From NCBI GenBank assembly GCA_025056555.1, contig JANWVZ010000001.1, positions 1 through 59,484 of the forward strand: 59,484 bases of DNA, given 5' to 3'. A program made the position numbers and the translations under genes. Under the pieces are notes generated by a model, which saw nothing but the letters and a program-made list of their open reading frames with translations, searched no databases and was not told the DNA's origin. Each line of letters starts with the position of its first letter. Within the stretch, counting starts at the first letter, position 1. Origin of the DNA: Gemmatales bacterium (GTDB lineage Bacteria > Planctomycetota > Planctomycetia > Gemmatales > HRBIN36). Below, in pieces: positions 19,101 through 29,651 of this stretch.

Positions 19101-19795
19101 ACTGGATGTTGAGCGAAGTCGGGCAACACCAGCATAGTGCGGACAGGCCAGTGCCGGTTCAACCAGGCGATGTTACGCTCCCAGCATGTTGCCGACCATT
19201 CCGTGGCAAAGTAGCCCAGAGCGGCAACAGTTGCCCACAGTCCTAGCATAAAGAATAACAGCTGTCGCAGGCGTGCCCAATTGAAAACGGCGCCGACGGG
19301 AATGTGTTGCAGGCGCTCCTCGGCAGTGCGGGCTGTGTATTCAACCAGCAAGTACGAATAGCCATAGCGTGCTGCGGTTTGAGGGTCGGCCAGTTCCACA
19401 GCCGTTACCAGGCGTTCCTCGAGCACTTGGGGGAATCGTCGTTCCAACACCAGGGCCAAGGCTTCGGGCCGAAACGTTACGAGCAGCCGATAGACCAGCC
19501 GATAGCTGACAAGGTACACTGCACCTGCCACGAATATGAGCCACCATAACGCACGGAACATCAATATCCCAGCGGGAGAACCATCGCGGATGTAATCGAG
19601 ACCCAACACCACAAACAAGCCATAGTCTACTAAGAACAGTGCCCAGAACCATACCGCTATGGCGATAAGTGCCTGCAGGAGAACCTCACTCACGACGAAA
19701 GTGCGAATGCCGCGACGAAGACGCTGCAAGGAACGACGAATGGCAGGACGTTCCGCTAATGCAACTTCGGAAGCAGAGGTCTGCATCGTGGCCAT
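16190..19795 (-). CDS. large membrane protein, last gene of the MoxR/DUF58/BatA/vWA cluster (no domain recognised)
   Basis: The ORF extends to a TTG at 19879 (1229 aa). The first in-frame ATG is at 19795. Several N-terminal TM helices (LLQALIAIAVWFWALFLVDYGLFVVLGL...) and a C-terminal charged coiled-coil-like tail. Same strand as, and directly downstream of, the vWA gene. Confidence 0.75.
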   Translation of the reverse strand: MATMQTSASEVALAERPAIRRSLQRLRRGIRTFVVSEVLLQALIAIAVWFWALFLVDYGLFVVLGLDYIRDGSPAGILMFRALWWLIFVAGAVYLVSYRLVYRLLVTFRPEALALVLERRFPQVLEERLVTAVELADPQTAARYGYSYLLVEYTARTAEERLQHIPVGAVFNWARLRQLLFFMLGLWATVAALGYFATEWSATCWERNIAWLNRHWPVRTMLVLPDFAQHPVRGVPSGGEMPIRIQAWVNVVRTDHPDYPSGWRPAIWRDVFPNPDDPADPFSSERAHFWELQAPVGPRSWMEVLPESWRQLTLDEVEARHQAMSAQQLRAEAVEHLGELGRAVIAYLLPRLEARLAQVSATERALAQPDEEILRWLPAEWRDYSLAQIYEHLQLARRLSQEEIRHRLETLRRPPITTEDALWAYVAAHAMVPAPLISTGVLQQIFWSSGLAEQLPPLSWSAAEYRDLPASWQGLPAAELERRLTQLAERFSILGLGRAVNTQLGQLFEALRHRAEQRHWGRRIYFRRLRIYDQVTLEYEEILTEEERRRMRAQTERLPVNRSPGSFQYRYEFRRIERPRRFRVYAGDAVTPWYRIEVRPLPTLRELVRWQREPGHLHASNDWVERGPISAALEGNQEIRFDAPLGAQIRLIGRTTKPLQALEIALQEQRETDLYATVAVHALFHSLLGDPASPFALSALAHTIHQLETTNPYLQRLEFTPETDGFAVWLRPLSSEELRLVFRFTDIEGIRNSRRVTIVPQPDKEPEFQYANFEVVRREAITPRAIIPFSGLVRDDNGLTELYYEVTVIQNDGKPLGPPTRIPLRTFSPVITFDNLDSLELGSGEGWTRWVQSRTLRGGVAQRSLARVVPFRTIGSQAASPAGMLLQAPHAGVFALALPPVFEQVVEHEFRYEMRPLGAPFLTGTDEFLLTELVPRDVTVPDPNNPKKMITKPLAPPYRLVVRLVAQDNRLTVGSEARLRSEPQRTVYHAAFEFNVVTEDDLLIEESRREEEIRERCDNILVKLTSIRDQLVKMRSEAEQLTEDLALRFARDTEDAQRAVVDARDVVQREIIRDLRLIYRELWFNRVQQKELDRLDEKICRPLEQLVRDGDQFDLAQETLALLAQRLREERQRIRPPTFDPAVLQMNLLIDRFSKVINEIKGLIEYAKALEILRDLIKAQEKINQLLRELFKKRQKEELGP

Positions 19796-19929
19796 GGTGT
19801 TCACCTGATGCCCGTTACCTATCGGGGGAGCGTTGGATACGGTTGGTTGATCGAGATCGGTAAGGTTCGGGTTAGTCAAGCGCGCTCTAAGAAGGCCGAA
19901 AAGCGACGCCCCAGAGAAAGGGCGTCAGG

Positions 19930-22900
19930 TCAAGCAAGGCGGAGTAATTTACGCGTGAGCCATTCCGCTGATAAAAGCGTGACCACTACCACTAAGGCCC
20001 AGGGAGGTCCTTGGGTTTCACGCGGTTGTTCGGTTGGCCTCCAAAGCGACTGGAGATAAAACCACAGGTAATCGAAGCCCTTGTCCCAAATGTCCTGGAC
20101 GCGTCCCTCGGCACGTGATTCGACAGTGACCGATTCGAGCACGTCGGGGACAGTGTGGGCATCGGGCAGGGTCAGGAAAAGTCGGCGGACTTCGTTTTCC
20201 GGTGTCCAATCGGCGGAACCTTCGCCCAGTTCGCGAACTTGGTCGCGAAGGGCATGTTCGGCTCGTTCGAGGGCGCTGAACAGAGCTGTGTTCTGCCGCG
20301 CTGATTCGCTTAATTCGGTCGCCTCACTGGCTAAGCGGTGCAGGGCCAAATAGTCCGGACGGGTGAAGTCGCGCTCGGGATCGCTGCGTGTCACCTCGAA
20401 ATCCGCCTCCAGGACGTCTATGGAGCCTGGAACCGGTACCTGAACACGATAACGCCCGGCACGGAGCACCTGAACACGACCAACGAACCAACCAGGTCGG
20501 CCTGAGTCGGCGCGCATCGGCAGGCCACGCGTCCACTCGGCCGGCACTTCGCCGGATTCGCTGGTGAGGGGCTTAATCCGCATGGGGATGGTCACATTGC
20601 CCGTCAGGGGCCGCATTTCCTGGTCGTACAATTGCGCCTCAACCTCAACGACATCACCTTCAGTGAAGCGGGTGCCTACGACGAGCAAGCCCCGTCGGCT
20701 GCCGCGACTCGGATCGCCTTTACCCATGTAACGGATGAGTTTAGTCCAAAAGCGTTCATAGTAGCGTTCCTTGTAACTGCGGAGCCGCCAGATTTCCGGC
20801 GAACCGATGAAGAAAACGGGGCCTTTGCCGACCCGGTGCGTGACAAAGAAGGGCTGGAGTTGCCCTGGCTGCGGACCATCGGGACTGGTGAGATAACGGG
20901 GGTCAGGGTCGCCGTAGCGGGCCAGCACGCTGGCTGCCCCTTTGACCTCCAGGACCGGGCTGAATGCGTAGAACCCGCGCCGCGAAGGCTCTAGAGCACG
21001 TCCTTGAGCCGAACGTCGGCGTTCGCCGGGTTTGAGGTCTTCCGTTTCCTGCCAGAAAAATTGTTCCCAGGCTTCGCGCCACGTATCCGGCAGCTGACTG
21101 GATTCCTGGTCGTCAATCAGGTTGAAGAAGGGCATGGTGGCAGCAGCGGGTTCCCAGTTGACGGCCCACGGTTCGCGTGCCGTGCGATCGAACACCTGCA
21201 CCGATAATCGCGTGTTGTCCAATACCACAGGGAGCAGGAAGCGGATGGCCTCCGCTTCTTTGTCGCGGGCCAAGTGGAACGTGTGCATGGGTCCAGCGAC
21301 ATAGATAAAACCGCCGGCAAACTCAGTAACCCAACGGCGAAGGTTTTCCTGAGACGAAACAGGAACGCGACGCCAATCGAGGTCCAGAGCGATGACCACG
21401 TCGTAATTGGCCAAGTTGTATGGATCGTCATCGCGGTCGCGCAGGCTATCTGGGAAAGCGGTGAGCAGTCGGCGCGGGTCCACATCCTGCACACTTTCCC
21501 GCGCTGCACTTTGCAGATAAATGGATACTTCAAACTTTTCCTGTTCACGTACCAGGGCGGTGCGCAAAAACTGGTATTCCCGCATGGGCGAACTGGCACA
21601 CAACAGTACGTTGAGTTTGCGGTCTTCGACCTGTACCTGGACAGGCTTCTCTGTGAGGTTGTCGCTATGAGCACGCTCTCCCGGCATGGGCTGCACGCGG
21701 GCCCAGAAGCGAAAGACCCCCTTAAGCTTTTCGGGGTTACGATACACGAACTGGTCGCTGGCCAGGGCCACACGGCCCGCTGCAGACTGAAGACGCACTT
21801 CCTTTTTTTCGATAATATCTGGACGTTCCTGGTCGGGCTTCTGGGCGAGTAGGGTCACTAATACGGTCGTGCCCGGCGGGACATTTTCTCCTTCAACCAC
21901 GAACCGTAAGGGAAACTCATCTTCAGGCTGAACGCGGGTCGGACCGATCAAGTCCACTAAGCGAAGATTACTGGTTTCCTGATACTGACCGACACCGACG
22001 GTGAAGACAGGAATCCCGAACTTTTTCGCTTCCGCGACCGCCTGGGCCATTTCCTGGGCCGAGCCTGCATTGAAACGCCCGTCGCTGAAGACAATCACCC
22101 CCTTGACGAGATTGTTCCCCTCACGACGAACAAGATCCATCAGCGCCGAACCACCGTTAGTGCGTTGCGGTACAGTAGTTTCTGTCTGGCGAAACTCGGC
22201 CAGCGTTTGCTCCAATTCGCGGAGCAGTTCGGGTCGTCGGCGTTCGCGGATTTCCGGTTCGGCATTGTCCAGGGCTACCAGTTCATTTGATTTCTTGCTG
22301 AGCGTTTGGATGACTGCTGAAGGAATAGGCGAAACCAGGCCGGGTGTACGCCCGACTGACAGGAACGGTGTCAAATCACGGCGCACGAAATTCGACAGTT
22401 GTTGGCGAATCTCCTGTTGGACTTCGGCAGGCAAGTCTTCCCAGCGTTCGACTCGGGCCTGGCTCAGGCGATCGCGTAGTGAGGGTAAGGTTAGCTGATC
22501 GTGCGTGTCAAGCCGCGTGCCGAACCTGTACACAGTCACTGGATTTTTCGCCAAGATGCGGGCTAGAAAATCGGCGGCTGCCTGGCCGGTCGCCGTTGCG
22601 TTGCTGCTGCTGGGCTCTAACCAGCGCAGCACCAAATCCTGCCGTGTCGGCCGTTCCCGTTCAGGTTCCTCACCAGGAGGCACATCGCTCATATGCATGC
22701 TTTCGGAAACATCGAATAACAACACGACTCGCGAGTGACGCTCACGGACTTCCACCTCCCGAATTGCAGGTAACAGCCAGACGAATAGCAGGACGAGGAT
22801 CGTCAGGATACGCAGTAAAGCCAGGAACAAGGCCCATTTCTGGCCGACGGTCTGACCCTCGCGGCGATACCAGCGGAGTACCAGGAAAATGGCCGCCAGC

Positions 22901-23061
22901 GCTAAGGCCACGCCGAACGTTACCAGGATTCCAGGCGTAACCCACTCGAACAGCGGCACGTCTGCCAGGCGAATTTCGCTTACAGACCGACCGAAAAGTT
23001 CGGGGGGATCGGTCCAACGTCGGAAAATGTGCTCAGTGGTAATCTTCGTTTCCTGATTCAT
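19930..23061 (-). CDS. membrane-anchored vWA domain protein (1043 aa)
   Basis: N-terminal TM helices, then MIDAS VVLLFDVSESMHMSD and later VIVFSDGRFNAG. The start is 6 nt downstream of the stop of the preceding gene. Confidence 0.85.
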   Translation of the reverse strand: MNQETKITTEHIFRRWTDPPELFGRSVSEIRLADVPLFEWVTPGILVTFGVALALAAIFLVLRWYRREGQTVGQKWALFLALLRILTILVLLFVWLLPAIREVEVRERHSRVVLLFDVSESMHMSDVPPGEEPERERPTRQDLVLRWLEPSSSNATATGQAAADFLARILAKNPVTVYRFGTRLDTHDQLTLPSLRDRLSQARVERWEDLPAEVQQEIRQQLSNFVRRDLTPFLSVGRTPGLVSPIPSAVIQTLSKKSNELVALDNAEPEIRERRRPELLRELEQTLAEFRQTETTVPQRTNGGSALMDLVRREGNNLVKGVIVFSDGRFNAGSAQEMAQAVAEAKKFGIPVFTVGVGQYQETSNLRLVDLIGPTRVQPEDEFPLRFVVEGENVPPGTTVLVTLLAQKPDQERPDIIEKKEVRLQSAAGRVALASDQFVYRNPEKLKGVFRFWARVQPMPGERAHSDNLTEKPVQVQVEDRKLNVLLCASSPMREYQFLRTALVREQEKFEVSIYLQSAARESVQDVDPRRLLTAFPDSLRDRDDDPYNLANYDVVIALDLDWRRVPVSSQENLRRWVTEFAGGFIYVAGPMHTFHLARDKEAEAIRFLLPVVLDNTRLSVQVFDRTAREPWAVNWEPAAATMPFFNLIDDQESSQLPDTWREAWEQFFWQETEDLKPGERRRSAQGRALEPSRRGFYAFSPVLEVKGAASVLARYGDPDPRYLTSPDGPQPGQLQPFFVTHRVGKGPVFFIGSPEIWRLRSYKERYYERFWTKLIRYMGKGDPSRGSRRGLLVVGTRFTEGDVVEVEAQLYDQEMRPLTGNVTIPMRIKPLTSESGEVPAEWTRGLPMRADSGRPGWFVGRVQVLRAGRYRVQVPVPGSIDVLEADFEVTRSDPERDFTRPDYLALHRLASEATELSESARQNTALFSALERAEHALRDQVRELGEGSADWTPENEVRRLFLTLPDAHTVPDVLESVTVESRAEGRVQDIWDKGFDYLWFYLQSLWRPTEQPRETQGPPWALVVVVTLLSAEWLTRKLLRLA

Positions 23062-23067
23062 AGCAGT

Positions 23068-26004
23068 TTAGCCAGCAGTTGCGGAAGAGGTCGCGGCCTC
23101 GGCAGCCGGGCTGGACATGGATACCAGGCGGGCCGCAGGCGGCGGTTGTAGTCCTTTTTCTCCCAGGGGCACATGGTGGCTGAAGAGCATGGCCAGGAAC
23201 TGTTCCAGCGCTAATAGGGCGAGCAGGGCCAGCAGCACCCACGAGTAATCCGACCAGGATTTGGTACGCAAGTATTCCTGGGGTGGGGGAGCAGCTTCGG
23301 TCAGGAGGGGAGCGCGGCTGACAATTTGCTGAGCTTCGTGGTAGGCCAATCGTTGCTCGCCTTCGGTGAGCGCCCGAAGCCATTGCTGCTGGAAGTCGGC
23401 CTCGGCGACGCGACGCAGGTCGCCTTCGTCGCGGCAATCGGGGTTGAAAACGAGTATCCGCGACTCCGGCTCCCCTTTCGGCGTGATCCCTTCGCCCGGC
23501 TCATTGAGCCGGAGCACGTAAAAACCCGCTTGCTGCGGATGCAGCCGAAAGACGACTTCCTGTTCCGACTCGGTTCCTGCAACCGCTCCCAGTGCCTGCG
23601 CCTCATCGCGCGACTTGCCCTCGGGCCAGTAATAAAGCTGCACACGCGGGGCATACTGTTCCTTATCGAAACGCACTTCGACGGCGCGGGTCAAGAGATG
23701 ACTGGTTTCGATTTCTCGCGCCTTGCGGCTCTCGCCAGCCAGGTAACTTTGCAGGAAAACAATCATGGGCACATAACTGAAGAACATCTCGTTCGCCCAG
23801 TTATTCCAGGAGTAATTACGTCCTGGAATGGGGCTGGGATTGGCCGGCGTCAGGAAAACGATCACTGTGCCGCGGCGTGTTCCTGTGCCGACCTTGCTTT
23901 CCAGCACAAGCGGATCGCCCTCCAACAAGCGCTGTTGGAAACGTTCCAAGCGTTGCCGTAGTTCTTTGCGGTCAGGGCGCTTCCAGTATTCCGTGAGCTG
24001 CTGATCCGTGAGTAACCCAGCCACGGCATCGAGCAGCGGACCTTTACGACTGCGTTTCAGTTCAGCATCAGCTACCCAGTTCAACATCCGCTGCGCATAA
24101 CTGGCCAGAATGACCCGCTGAGGCGAGGTGTCCTGGTTGAGCAGTTGGACGATTTCGACTGTTTCCAATCGGAAGTTGGTGAGCGGTTCTCGGTTGGTCA
24201 ACTGCATCAGGACCTGAACGTCCGTAGGGGGCCTCCACGCGGGATCGACTTTATAGTAGCGGTTGATCTGCAGGAACCGGGCAAATTCCTCAAGCATTTC
24301 CCGCGGGAAGTTGAAGGCGGGATGGCCCGTTTGCAGAACCCGTGCTTTCGGTGCGGTATCGTCCAGGTCGGGCGCTTCATCCACGAAGGTCAGGTTACTG
24401 TTCGGCACCGGGCGCAGCGCCAACGGCGCGGGAAAGATACCCTGGCCGTTGCGATAAAGGAACCGATTATACAGGTCCACATTGACCCGTTCACCGAGGA
24501 AAAAGACGACACTCCCACCTCGTCGCACATAGTTTTCCAGCGCCTTCAAACTATCCTCGTCCATATCGGAAGGACCCGTGCCTACTCCCGGCACATTGAG
24601 TAGATAGATCACGGGATAATCGTCGAGCTTGCGATTCTTCAGTTCGTTGGGGCGGCAACGTTCAGGACGCCAGCCAAGTCGGCGGGAGGCGCCAAGAACG
24701 CTGGCTATGTATTCGCTTGGCGGCTTCGGGCTGTCGAGGAGATGATCGGGGTCAACGAGTAAGACCGGCAGGTCGCGCCTCAGTTCCACATAAACATGCC
24801 GTACATTATCGGCAGGCAAGTGGTCGGGCTGCTGCCCGTCTTCCACGTACACGGTGATTTGCTTCGGCCCAGGACTGTCTGTGTCGTAAAAGCGCATGTC
24901 CAGGCGGATCGTTCGCTCTTCGTAGCTGCCGATGCGCTCGACGACCCGGGCAAACTCATTCTTTTCGACGCCATCTACCCGCACCCCGACGCGCAAGGCC
25001 TGACGCTCGTTGGCGCTGAAATTCCGTAACGTGACTTCAAGATCGAACGGGACTCCCGGGGCCACTACCTGAACCGGCACGGCACTGGCAGCAGTTCCCT
25101 CCTCGCGGCGTTGCTGCGCTCGAGCGGCCACGTGGGTGATCGCCAAATTACCATGGCTGACCGGACGTTCCTGGGGGTTATCCCGAGCGCGACTCGGCGC
25201 TGCGATGTCATACAAGCGGATTTGCACGTCCTGGCTGCGTGCCCAGTCGCCCAATTGGGCCAACACCGGTCGGAAACCTTCCTGATTCCAATCCCGCTCG
25301 CGAAAATCGCTGACCAGATGCAAATAACGATGGCCGCGTTTGATATTGCCCAGGTAAGCCGACAGTCCGGGGATTTCCGCCGAGCCGCGGAACAAGGACA
25401 ACCAATCGTCGGCACCCAAGCGCAGCGATGTAGCGGGAGTCGCCTCCAGACGGGCCAAAAAACGCGACACTTCGTCGTGCGTGAGCAATTGGCCGGGTGG
25501 AGCGTCGCCTAATTGGACATAGGGCGGACCGAACTCAGGCGCCCCAGGCTGGGATAAACGGAAAAAGGTCAGATAATGCGCCCCTGGCACATCGAGATAA
25601 TCCTGCACCAACTTGGCAATCAGCGCGGTGGCCCGACGGTACGCAGTAGGTCCGTTAGGCTGCTTCGCATCTTCGAGATCCTGCATGCTCAAGCTGTCAT
25701 CCAGAACGATGAAGTGGTAATGAGGCAACTCCTGCCGACGCGCTTGGGCTGCCTCCCCCATCCACCACGTCGGTCGCACGACCAGCGCCACTAATGCCAA
25801 CACTATCAGGCACCGCAACATCAGCAGGATCAACTGCTCGATCAGGATACGGCGGCGATTGCGCTGCTGCGATTTGAGGAGGAACTCCATTGCCGCCCAG
25901 GCCAATCGGCGAAATCGCATTCGGTTGATGAGGTGAATGATAATCGGTGAAGCGACTGCCGTCGCTCCCCACCAATAGGCCGGATTGATCGCCTGTTCCC
26001 ACAT
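23068..26004 (-). CDS. BatA-type protein: aerotolerance-regulator N-terminal double-TM domain plus vWA-like domain (978 aa)
   Basis: The N-terminus PAYWWGATAVASPIIIHLINRMRFRRLAWAAMEFLL matches the BatA_N pattern. MIDAS-like FIVLDDSLSMQD. C-terminal TM segment WVLLALLALLALEQFLAMLF. Confidence 0.85.
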   Translation of the reverse strand: MWEQAINPAYWWGATAVASPIIIHLINRMRFRRLAWAAMEFLLKSQQRNRRRILIEQLILLMLRCLIVLALVALVVRPTWWMGEAAQARRQELPHYHFIVLDDSLSMQDLEDAKQPNGPTAYRRATALIAKLVQDYLDVPGAHYLTFFRLSQPGAPEFGPPYVQLGDAPPGQLLTHDEVSRFLARLEATPATSLRLGADDWLSLFRGSAEIPGLSAYLGNIKRGHRYLHLVSDFRERDWNQEGFRPVLAQLGDWARSQDVQIRLYDIAAPSRARDNPQERPVSHGNLAITHVAARAQQRREEGTAASAVPVQVVAPGVPFDLEVTLRNFSANERQALRVGVRVDGVEKNEFARVVERIGSYEERTIRLDMRFYDTDSPGPKQITVYVEDGQQPDHLPADNVRHVYVELRRDLPVLLVDPDHLLDSPKPPSEYIASVLGASRRLGWRPERCRPNELKNRKLDDYPVIYLLNVPGVGTGPSDMDEDSLKALENYVRRGGSVVFFLGERVNVDLYNRFLYRNGQGIFPAPLALRPVPNSNLTFVDEAPDLDDTAPKARVLQTGHPAFNFPREMLEEFARFLQINRYYKVDPAWRPPTDVQVLMQLTNREPLTNFRLETVEIVQLLNQDTSPQRVILASYAQRMLNWVADAELKRSRKGPLLDAVAGLLTDQQLTEYWKRPDRKELRQRLERFQQRLLEGDPLVLESKVGTGTRRGTVIVFLTPANPSPIPGRNYSWNNWANEMFFSYVPMIVFLQSYLAGESRKAREIETSHLLTRAVEVRFDKEQYAPRVQLYYWPEGKSRDEAQALGAVAGTESEQEVVFRLHPQQAGFYVLRLNEPGEGITPKGEPESRILVFNPDCRDEGDLRRVAEADFQQQWLRALTEGEQRLAYHEAQQIVSRAPLLTEAAPPPQEYLRTKSWSDYSWVLLALLALLALEQFLAMLFSHHVPLGEKGLQPPPAARLVSMSSPAAEAATSSATAG

Positions 26005-26058
26005 GGTTGTTTTGTCTGGCTCCCGCTGGTGTCTGTCAGCAGTTGGTCGTTCCAGGCC

Positions 26059-26979
26059 CTAGACGCGGCGTTGCTTGACGTTCGCCTTCATCCGCATGCG
26101 CGTATGCAGGAATTTGGCCAGGACGGCGTCCACATAGTCGCTCGTCTTGACCAGCATGTAATCAATACCTCGCCGGGTGCAGCCGCGTCTGACTTCCAGC
26201 AAATACTCATTGAGCGCCTCGAGGTAGCCATCCCGCAGCGCGCGCGGGTCGCAAATCAGGTGAGGCTGTTGTTCCATGCCTTCGAAGCGCGTCGTACCTG
26301 CGAAGGGGAAAATCAGTTCGTCATCGTCGAGCACATGGAATACCAGGATGTCATGCTGGCGATGGATAAGCATTTCCAGCCCGCGGAACAGGGGCGGCCT
26401 GTCCACCAACAGGTCCGAAATCAGCACCACCAGGCCGCGCGTCGTCATGGTCTCAGCAACGCGGCGCAGGATGGCTTCGATGTCGGTCTTCTGTCGCGGT
26501 CGGCTGACGTCCATCGCCGTCAGGAGTCGGTCCAACTGACCCTGCTGACTGCGGGGTGGGAGGATCTGCCGTACTCCCTCGTCAAAAGTAACCAAACCCA
26601 CGGCATCCTGCTGCCGCAGCACCAGATAGGCCAGGCACGCCGCGATGGTGCAGGCATACTCGTACTTGTTCATCGCGCCGCGGCCATAGCGCATGGATTC
26701 GCTGACGTCGAGTACCAGGTTGCATCGCAGGTTGGTTTCTTCCTCGTACTGCTTGATGTAGAAGCGATCGGTGCGCGACCAGACTTTCCAGTCGAGTCGG
26801 CGAATGTCATCACCGGGAACATACTCCCGATGCTGCACGAATTCGACGCTCTGGCCGAAGAACGGACTGCGATGCCGACCTGATATAAAGCCCTCCACTA
26901 CCTGGCGGGCACGCAGGTCGAGCCGATTTATTCGCGCTATCGCTTTGGGGTGCAGAAATCGCCGTGGATCATCCGACAT
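26059..26979 (-). CDS. DUF58 domain protein (MoxR-associated, vWA-like)
   Basis: Start set at ATG 26979 (MSDDPRRFLHP...). RGRHRSPFFGQSVEFVQHREYVPGDDIRRLDWKVWSRTDRFYIKQYEEE is the DUF58 core. Also LVLDVSESMRYG. Confidence 0.85.
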   Translation of the reverse strand: MSDDPRRFLHPKAIARINRLDLRARQVVEGFISGRHRSPFFGQSVEFVQHREYVPGDDIRRLDWKVWSRTDRFYIKQYEEETNLRCNLVLDVSESMRYGRGAMNKYEYACTIAACLAYLVLRQQDAVGLVTFDEGVRQILPPRSQQGQLDRLLTAMDVSRPRQKTDIEAILRRVAETMTTRGLVVLISDLLVDRPPLFRGLEMLIHRQHDILVFHVLDDDELIFPFAGTTRFEGMEQQPHLICDPRALRDGYLEALNEYLLEVRRGCTRRGIDYMLVKTSDYVDAVLAKFLHTRMRMKANVKQRRV

Positions 26980-27101
26980 GGTGATACAGCTTCCTGAATA
27001 GCATTCTGGTGATGGTAGAATCTCGGAGGGTTGCAGCACATAGTTCTGATTTCGCCACAACCGCGGCCAGCTACGCGAGATCTTACGCCGTTGTCGAGAG
27101 A

Positions 27102-28178
27102 TTACGCGGCAAAGATTTTCTGGAAGCGGGGATCCTGAGTCAGCTCATTTTCCCGAGTCGGCGTGACCTTGAGCAGGCGGTCCACGACCGTATCGGGGGT
27201 AACGCCTTCCGAGGCGGCGGTAAAGTTCGTGACCATGCGGTGTCGCAGGACGGGCTTGGCTAAGGCCTGGATATCCTCCACCTGAACGTGGCCCCGCCCA
27301 TAGAGCAAGGCGCGCGCTTTGGCGCCGAGAATGAGGTACTGGACTGCACGGGGCCCAGCGCCCCAGGAGAGCCATTCCTGCACGAAATCAGGAACCCCCG
27401 GCTCGCCGACGCGCGTTTGGCGTACCAGTGCCAGTGTGTAATTAATCACATGGTCGGAGACGGGCACCCGCCTTACCAGTTGCTGCAATTCCAGAATCTG
27501 CCGACCATCCAGGACCGGCGTCAGTTCTTCTTGCATCAAAGCGGTCGTGCGTCGGGCAATCTCAAATTCCTCACGGTAGTTCGGATAACGCACGAAGACC
27601 TTGAACATAAAACGGTCTTGTTGCGCTTCGGGCAGGGGATAAGTCCCCTCCTGCTCGATGGGGTTCTGCGTCGCCAGCACGAAGAAGGGATCGGGCAGCT
27701 TATGCCGCACACGTCCCACCGTGACTTGCCGCTCCTGCATCGCTTCGAGTAAGGCGGCTTGAGTCTTGGGCGGCGTGCGGTTAATTTCGTCTGCGAGGAT
27801 GACGTTGGCGAAAAGCGGCCCAGGCAAGAAGCGGAATTCGCGTTGCCCTGTCGTACGATTCTCCTCGATAACTTCCGTCCCTGTGATGTCCGAAGGCATC
27901 AGGTCGGGCGTAAACTGAATGCGGCTGAATTCCAGGTTGAGGCACTTGGCGAGCGTGCTGATCATCAGCGTCTTGGCCAGGCCAGGCACCCCTTCCAGGA
28001 TACAATGCCCCCGACTGAACAGCGCAATAAGCAACTGCTCAATCACCTGGTCTTGGCCGACAATGACGCGCGCCATTTGCCGTTTCAGCTCGTCGTACGC
28101 GTCGCGCACCTTACGCACGACTTCGAGATCCGCCTGCTGCAATTCCACTTCGGCGTGTGATACCAGTTGCTGGCTCAT
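27102..28178 (-). CDS. moxR: MoxR-family AAA+ ATPase
   Basis: 358-aa ORF; AGGAAG precedes the ATG. Walker [11 protein letters not shown], Walker [24 protein letters not shown], then [24 protein letters not shown]. Confidence 0.93.
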   Translation of the reverse strand: MSQQLVSHAEVELQQADLEVVRKVRDAYDELKRQMARVIVGQDQVIEQLLIALFSRGHCILEGVPGLAKTLMISTLAKCLNLEFSRIQFTPDLMPSDITGTEVIEENRTTGQREFRFLPGPLFANVILADEINRTPPKTQAALLEAMQERQVTVGRVRHKLPDPFFVLATQNPIEQEGTYPLPEAQQDRFMFKVFVRYPNYREEFEIARRTTALMQEELTPVLDGRQILELQQLVRRVPVSDHVINYTLALVRQTRVGEPGVPDFVQEWLSWGAGPRAVQYLILGAKARALLYGRGHVQVEDIQALAKPVLRHRMVTNFTAASEGVTPDTVVDRLLKVTPTRENELTQDPRFQKIFAA

Positions 28179-28282
28179 AATTTTTCTTCCTCTGCCTGAA
28201 AATACTTGGCTGCCTTTGTGAATCTTGCCGCCGTTGCCTACCTGGGCCGGCTCTTTGCGGAAGGCTCTGAGTCCACTTTAGC

Positions 28283-29473
28283 TCATCGCTGGAAAATCGG
28301 CAGTGTAGCCTTATCCAATTGCATGATAATCAGATGCAGGGCCGTCGTGAAAACCGGACCGACGCCGCTTCCTGTCCAGCTTCCGTTAGCGGACTGTCGG
28401 CTCTTCAAGTATTCGAAGACGACCTCACGATAGCGACTCCATTTCAACAGCAAACGTTGCGACGGATCACGTCTTTCGGCTTCGGCCAGGTCGGGCCGCA
28501 GTTTGGCATGGCGATCTTCGCCCAGCACGTATAACACTTGAGCGTAGTAAAAGTGAGTATATTCCCAGTGGCCGAAACTATCCCGACCCGTGCGGTCAAT
28601 GGGAATGTTCCGCATGCAGTAATTGAGCCACTGAATCGCCAAGTCGTTTTCGTACTCTCCCGCACTGAACATGCAGGCGATGCCGGCCGCGGTCAGCGGT
28701 GGACGCACGTTCCCGCCGCCATGCCGCAGACTGTAAATCACCCCTGCCTCACGTTTTCGCGGATCCGGGTCATGGCGAACGATCTGAGTGCTCTTGCGCA
28801 GGTAATCTTTGGCCTTATCAATAGTCTCCTTGGGGACGGGGATACCAGCATCGCGAGCGGCTCGGAGCGCCTGCAACTGCGTAATCGTGACCGAGCCCTC
28901 GTCGAAGTCCTGCCCCTCGGCAGCGGAAACGTAACCCCAACCGCCCAGGCGTGTCTGAGCCCGCGCGGAGAACTCGACGGCGCGTTCCAAGGCACGGCGT
29001 AACTGCTCGCGGCGACGCGGATCGCTCTCTTCACCGAGCACCTGGGAAAGGAACGTAATCGCGTAGCCGTGGCCGTACATATACCGATGACGTTCCTCCA
29101 TACTTTGATTCACGCCGGCAATCAAACCGTTTGGCTGGGTGCGGCTGAGCAGCCATTCCACGGCATCTTCGATGTTCTTGCTGTAGCGCCCCTGCGTCGG
29201 GGTGCTTCCCTCGCACAATAAGGCCAGCCCTGCCAAGCCGGTCATCGCTACGGGATAATTACCGTTGTTGGCTTCCCAATGACCATCGCGAGCTTGCGCC
29301 TTGGACAACCATTGCAGCCCGCGGTCTATGCAGTCCTGATACCGTGCCAGAAAACGCAAGGCATCGGGGTCATCAGCAGCCTCGACCCGCTGAAGTTTTC
29401 CGGCGAAGGCACTCGCCGACAGCCCAGCCACGGTACCGGCTGCTTGCTGCAAAAACTCCCGCCGATTCCACAT
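28283..29473 (-). CDS. prenyltransferase/squalene-oxidase (terpenoid-cyclase fold) repeat protein with twin-arginine signal, paralog 1
   Basis: Start set at ATG 29473 with GGAGG upstream. MWNRREFLQQAAGTVAGLSASAFA is Tat-like. Repeated GGWGY / DGHWE type motifs. Confidence 0.85.
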   Translation of the reverse strand: MWNRREFLQQAAGTVAGLSASAFAGKLQRVEAADDPDALRFLARYQDCIDRGLQWLSKAQARDGHWEANNGNYPVAMTGLAGLALLCEGSTPTQGRYSKNIEDAVEWLLSRTQPNGLIAGVNQSMEERHRYMYGHGYAITFLSQVLGEESDPRRREQLRRALERAVEFSARAQTRLGGWGYVSAAEGQDFDEGSVTITQLQALRAARDAGIPVPKETIDKAKDYLRKSTQIVRHDPDPRKREAGVIYSLRHGGGNVRPPLTAAGIACMFSAGEYENDLAIQWLNYCMRNIPIDRTGRDSFGHWEYTHFYYAQVLYVLGEDRHAKLRPDLAEAERRDPSQRLLLKWSRYREVVFEYLKSRQSANGSWTGSGVGPVFTTALHLIIMQLDKATLPIFQR

Positions 29474-29651
29474 ATTCACCTCCTCGACAGTAGCCTTACG
29501 CGCCAGCCCTGTAGCGGGCATCTCTTGGTTCGGCTCGGAACTGCATGGTCCCGAACACCGTTTGGTGCCAGATCACGGGGGGGTGTCCAGTATCTGTCCC
29601 GGCTTACGTAATTCTAAGCCAAGCCGCAATTCTTGGGCATCCAATCGGGCC

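Noticed and set aside
26029-26883. 284-aa plus-strand ORF. The same phenomenon appears at 45934-46773 (279 aa), 39419-40081 (220 aa, minus strand), 6161-6973 (270 aa), 21117-21773 (218 aa), 17852-18433 (193 aa) and 974-1477 (167 aa).
   Set aside because: Each lies antisense to, or out of frame within, a gene with clear family motifs (DUF58, S41 peptidase, recA, MATE, vWA proteins). Their translations are Arg/Ala/Pro/Ser/Gly-rich with no motifs and no SD. Long shadow ORFs like these are expected in GC-rich coding DNA.
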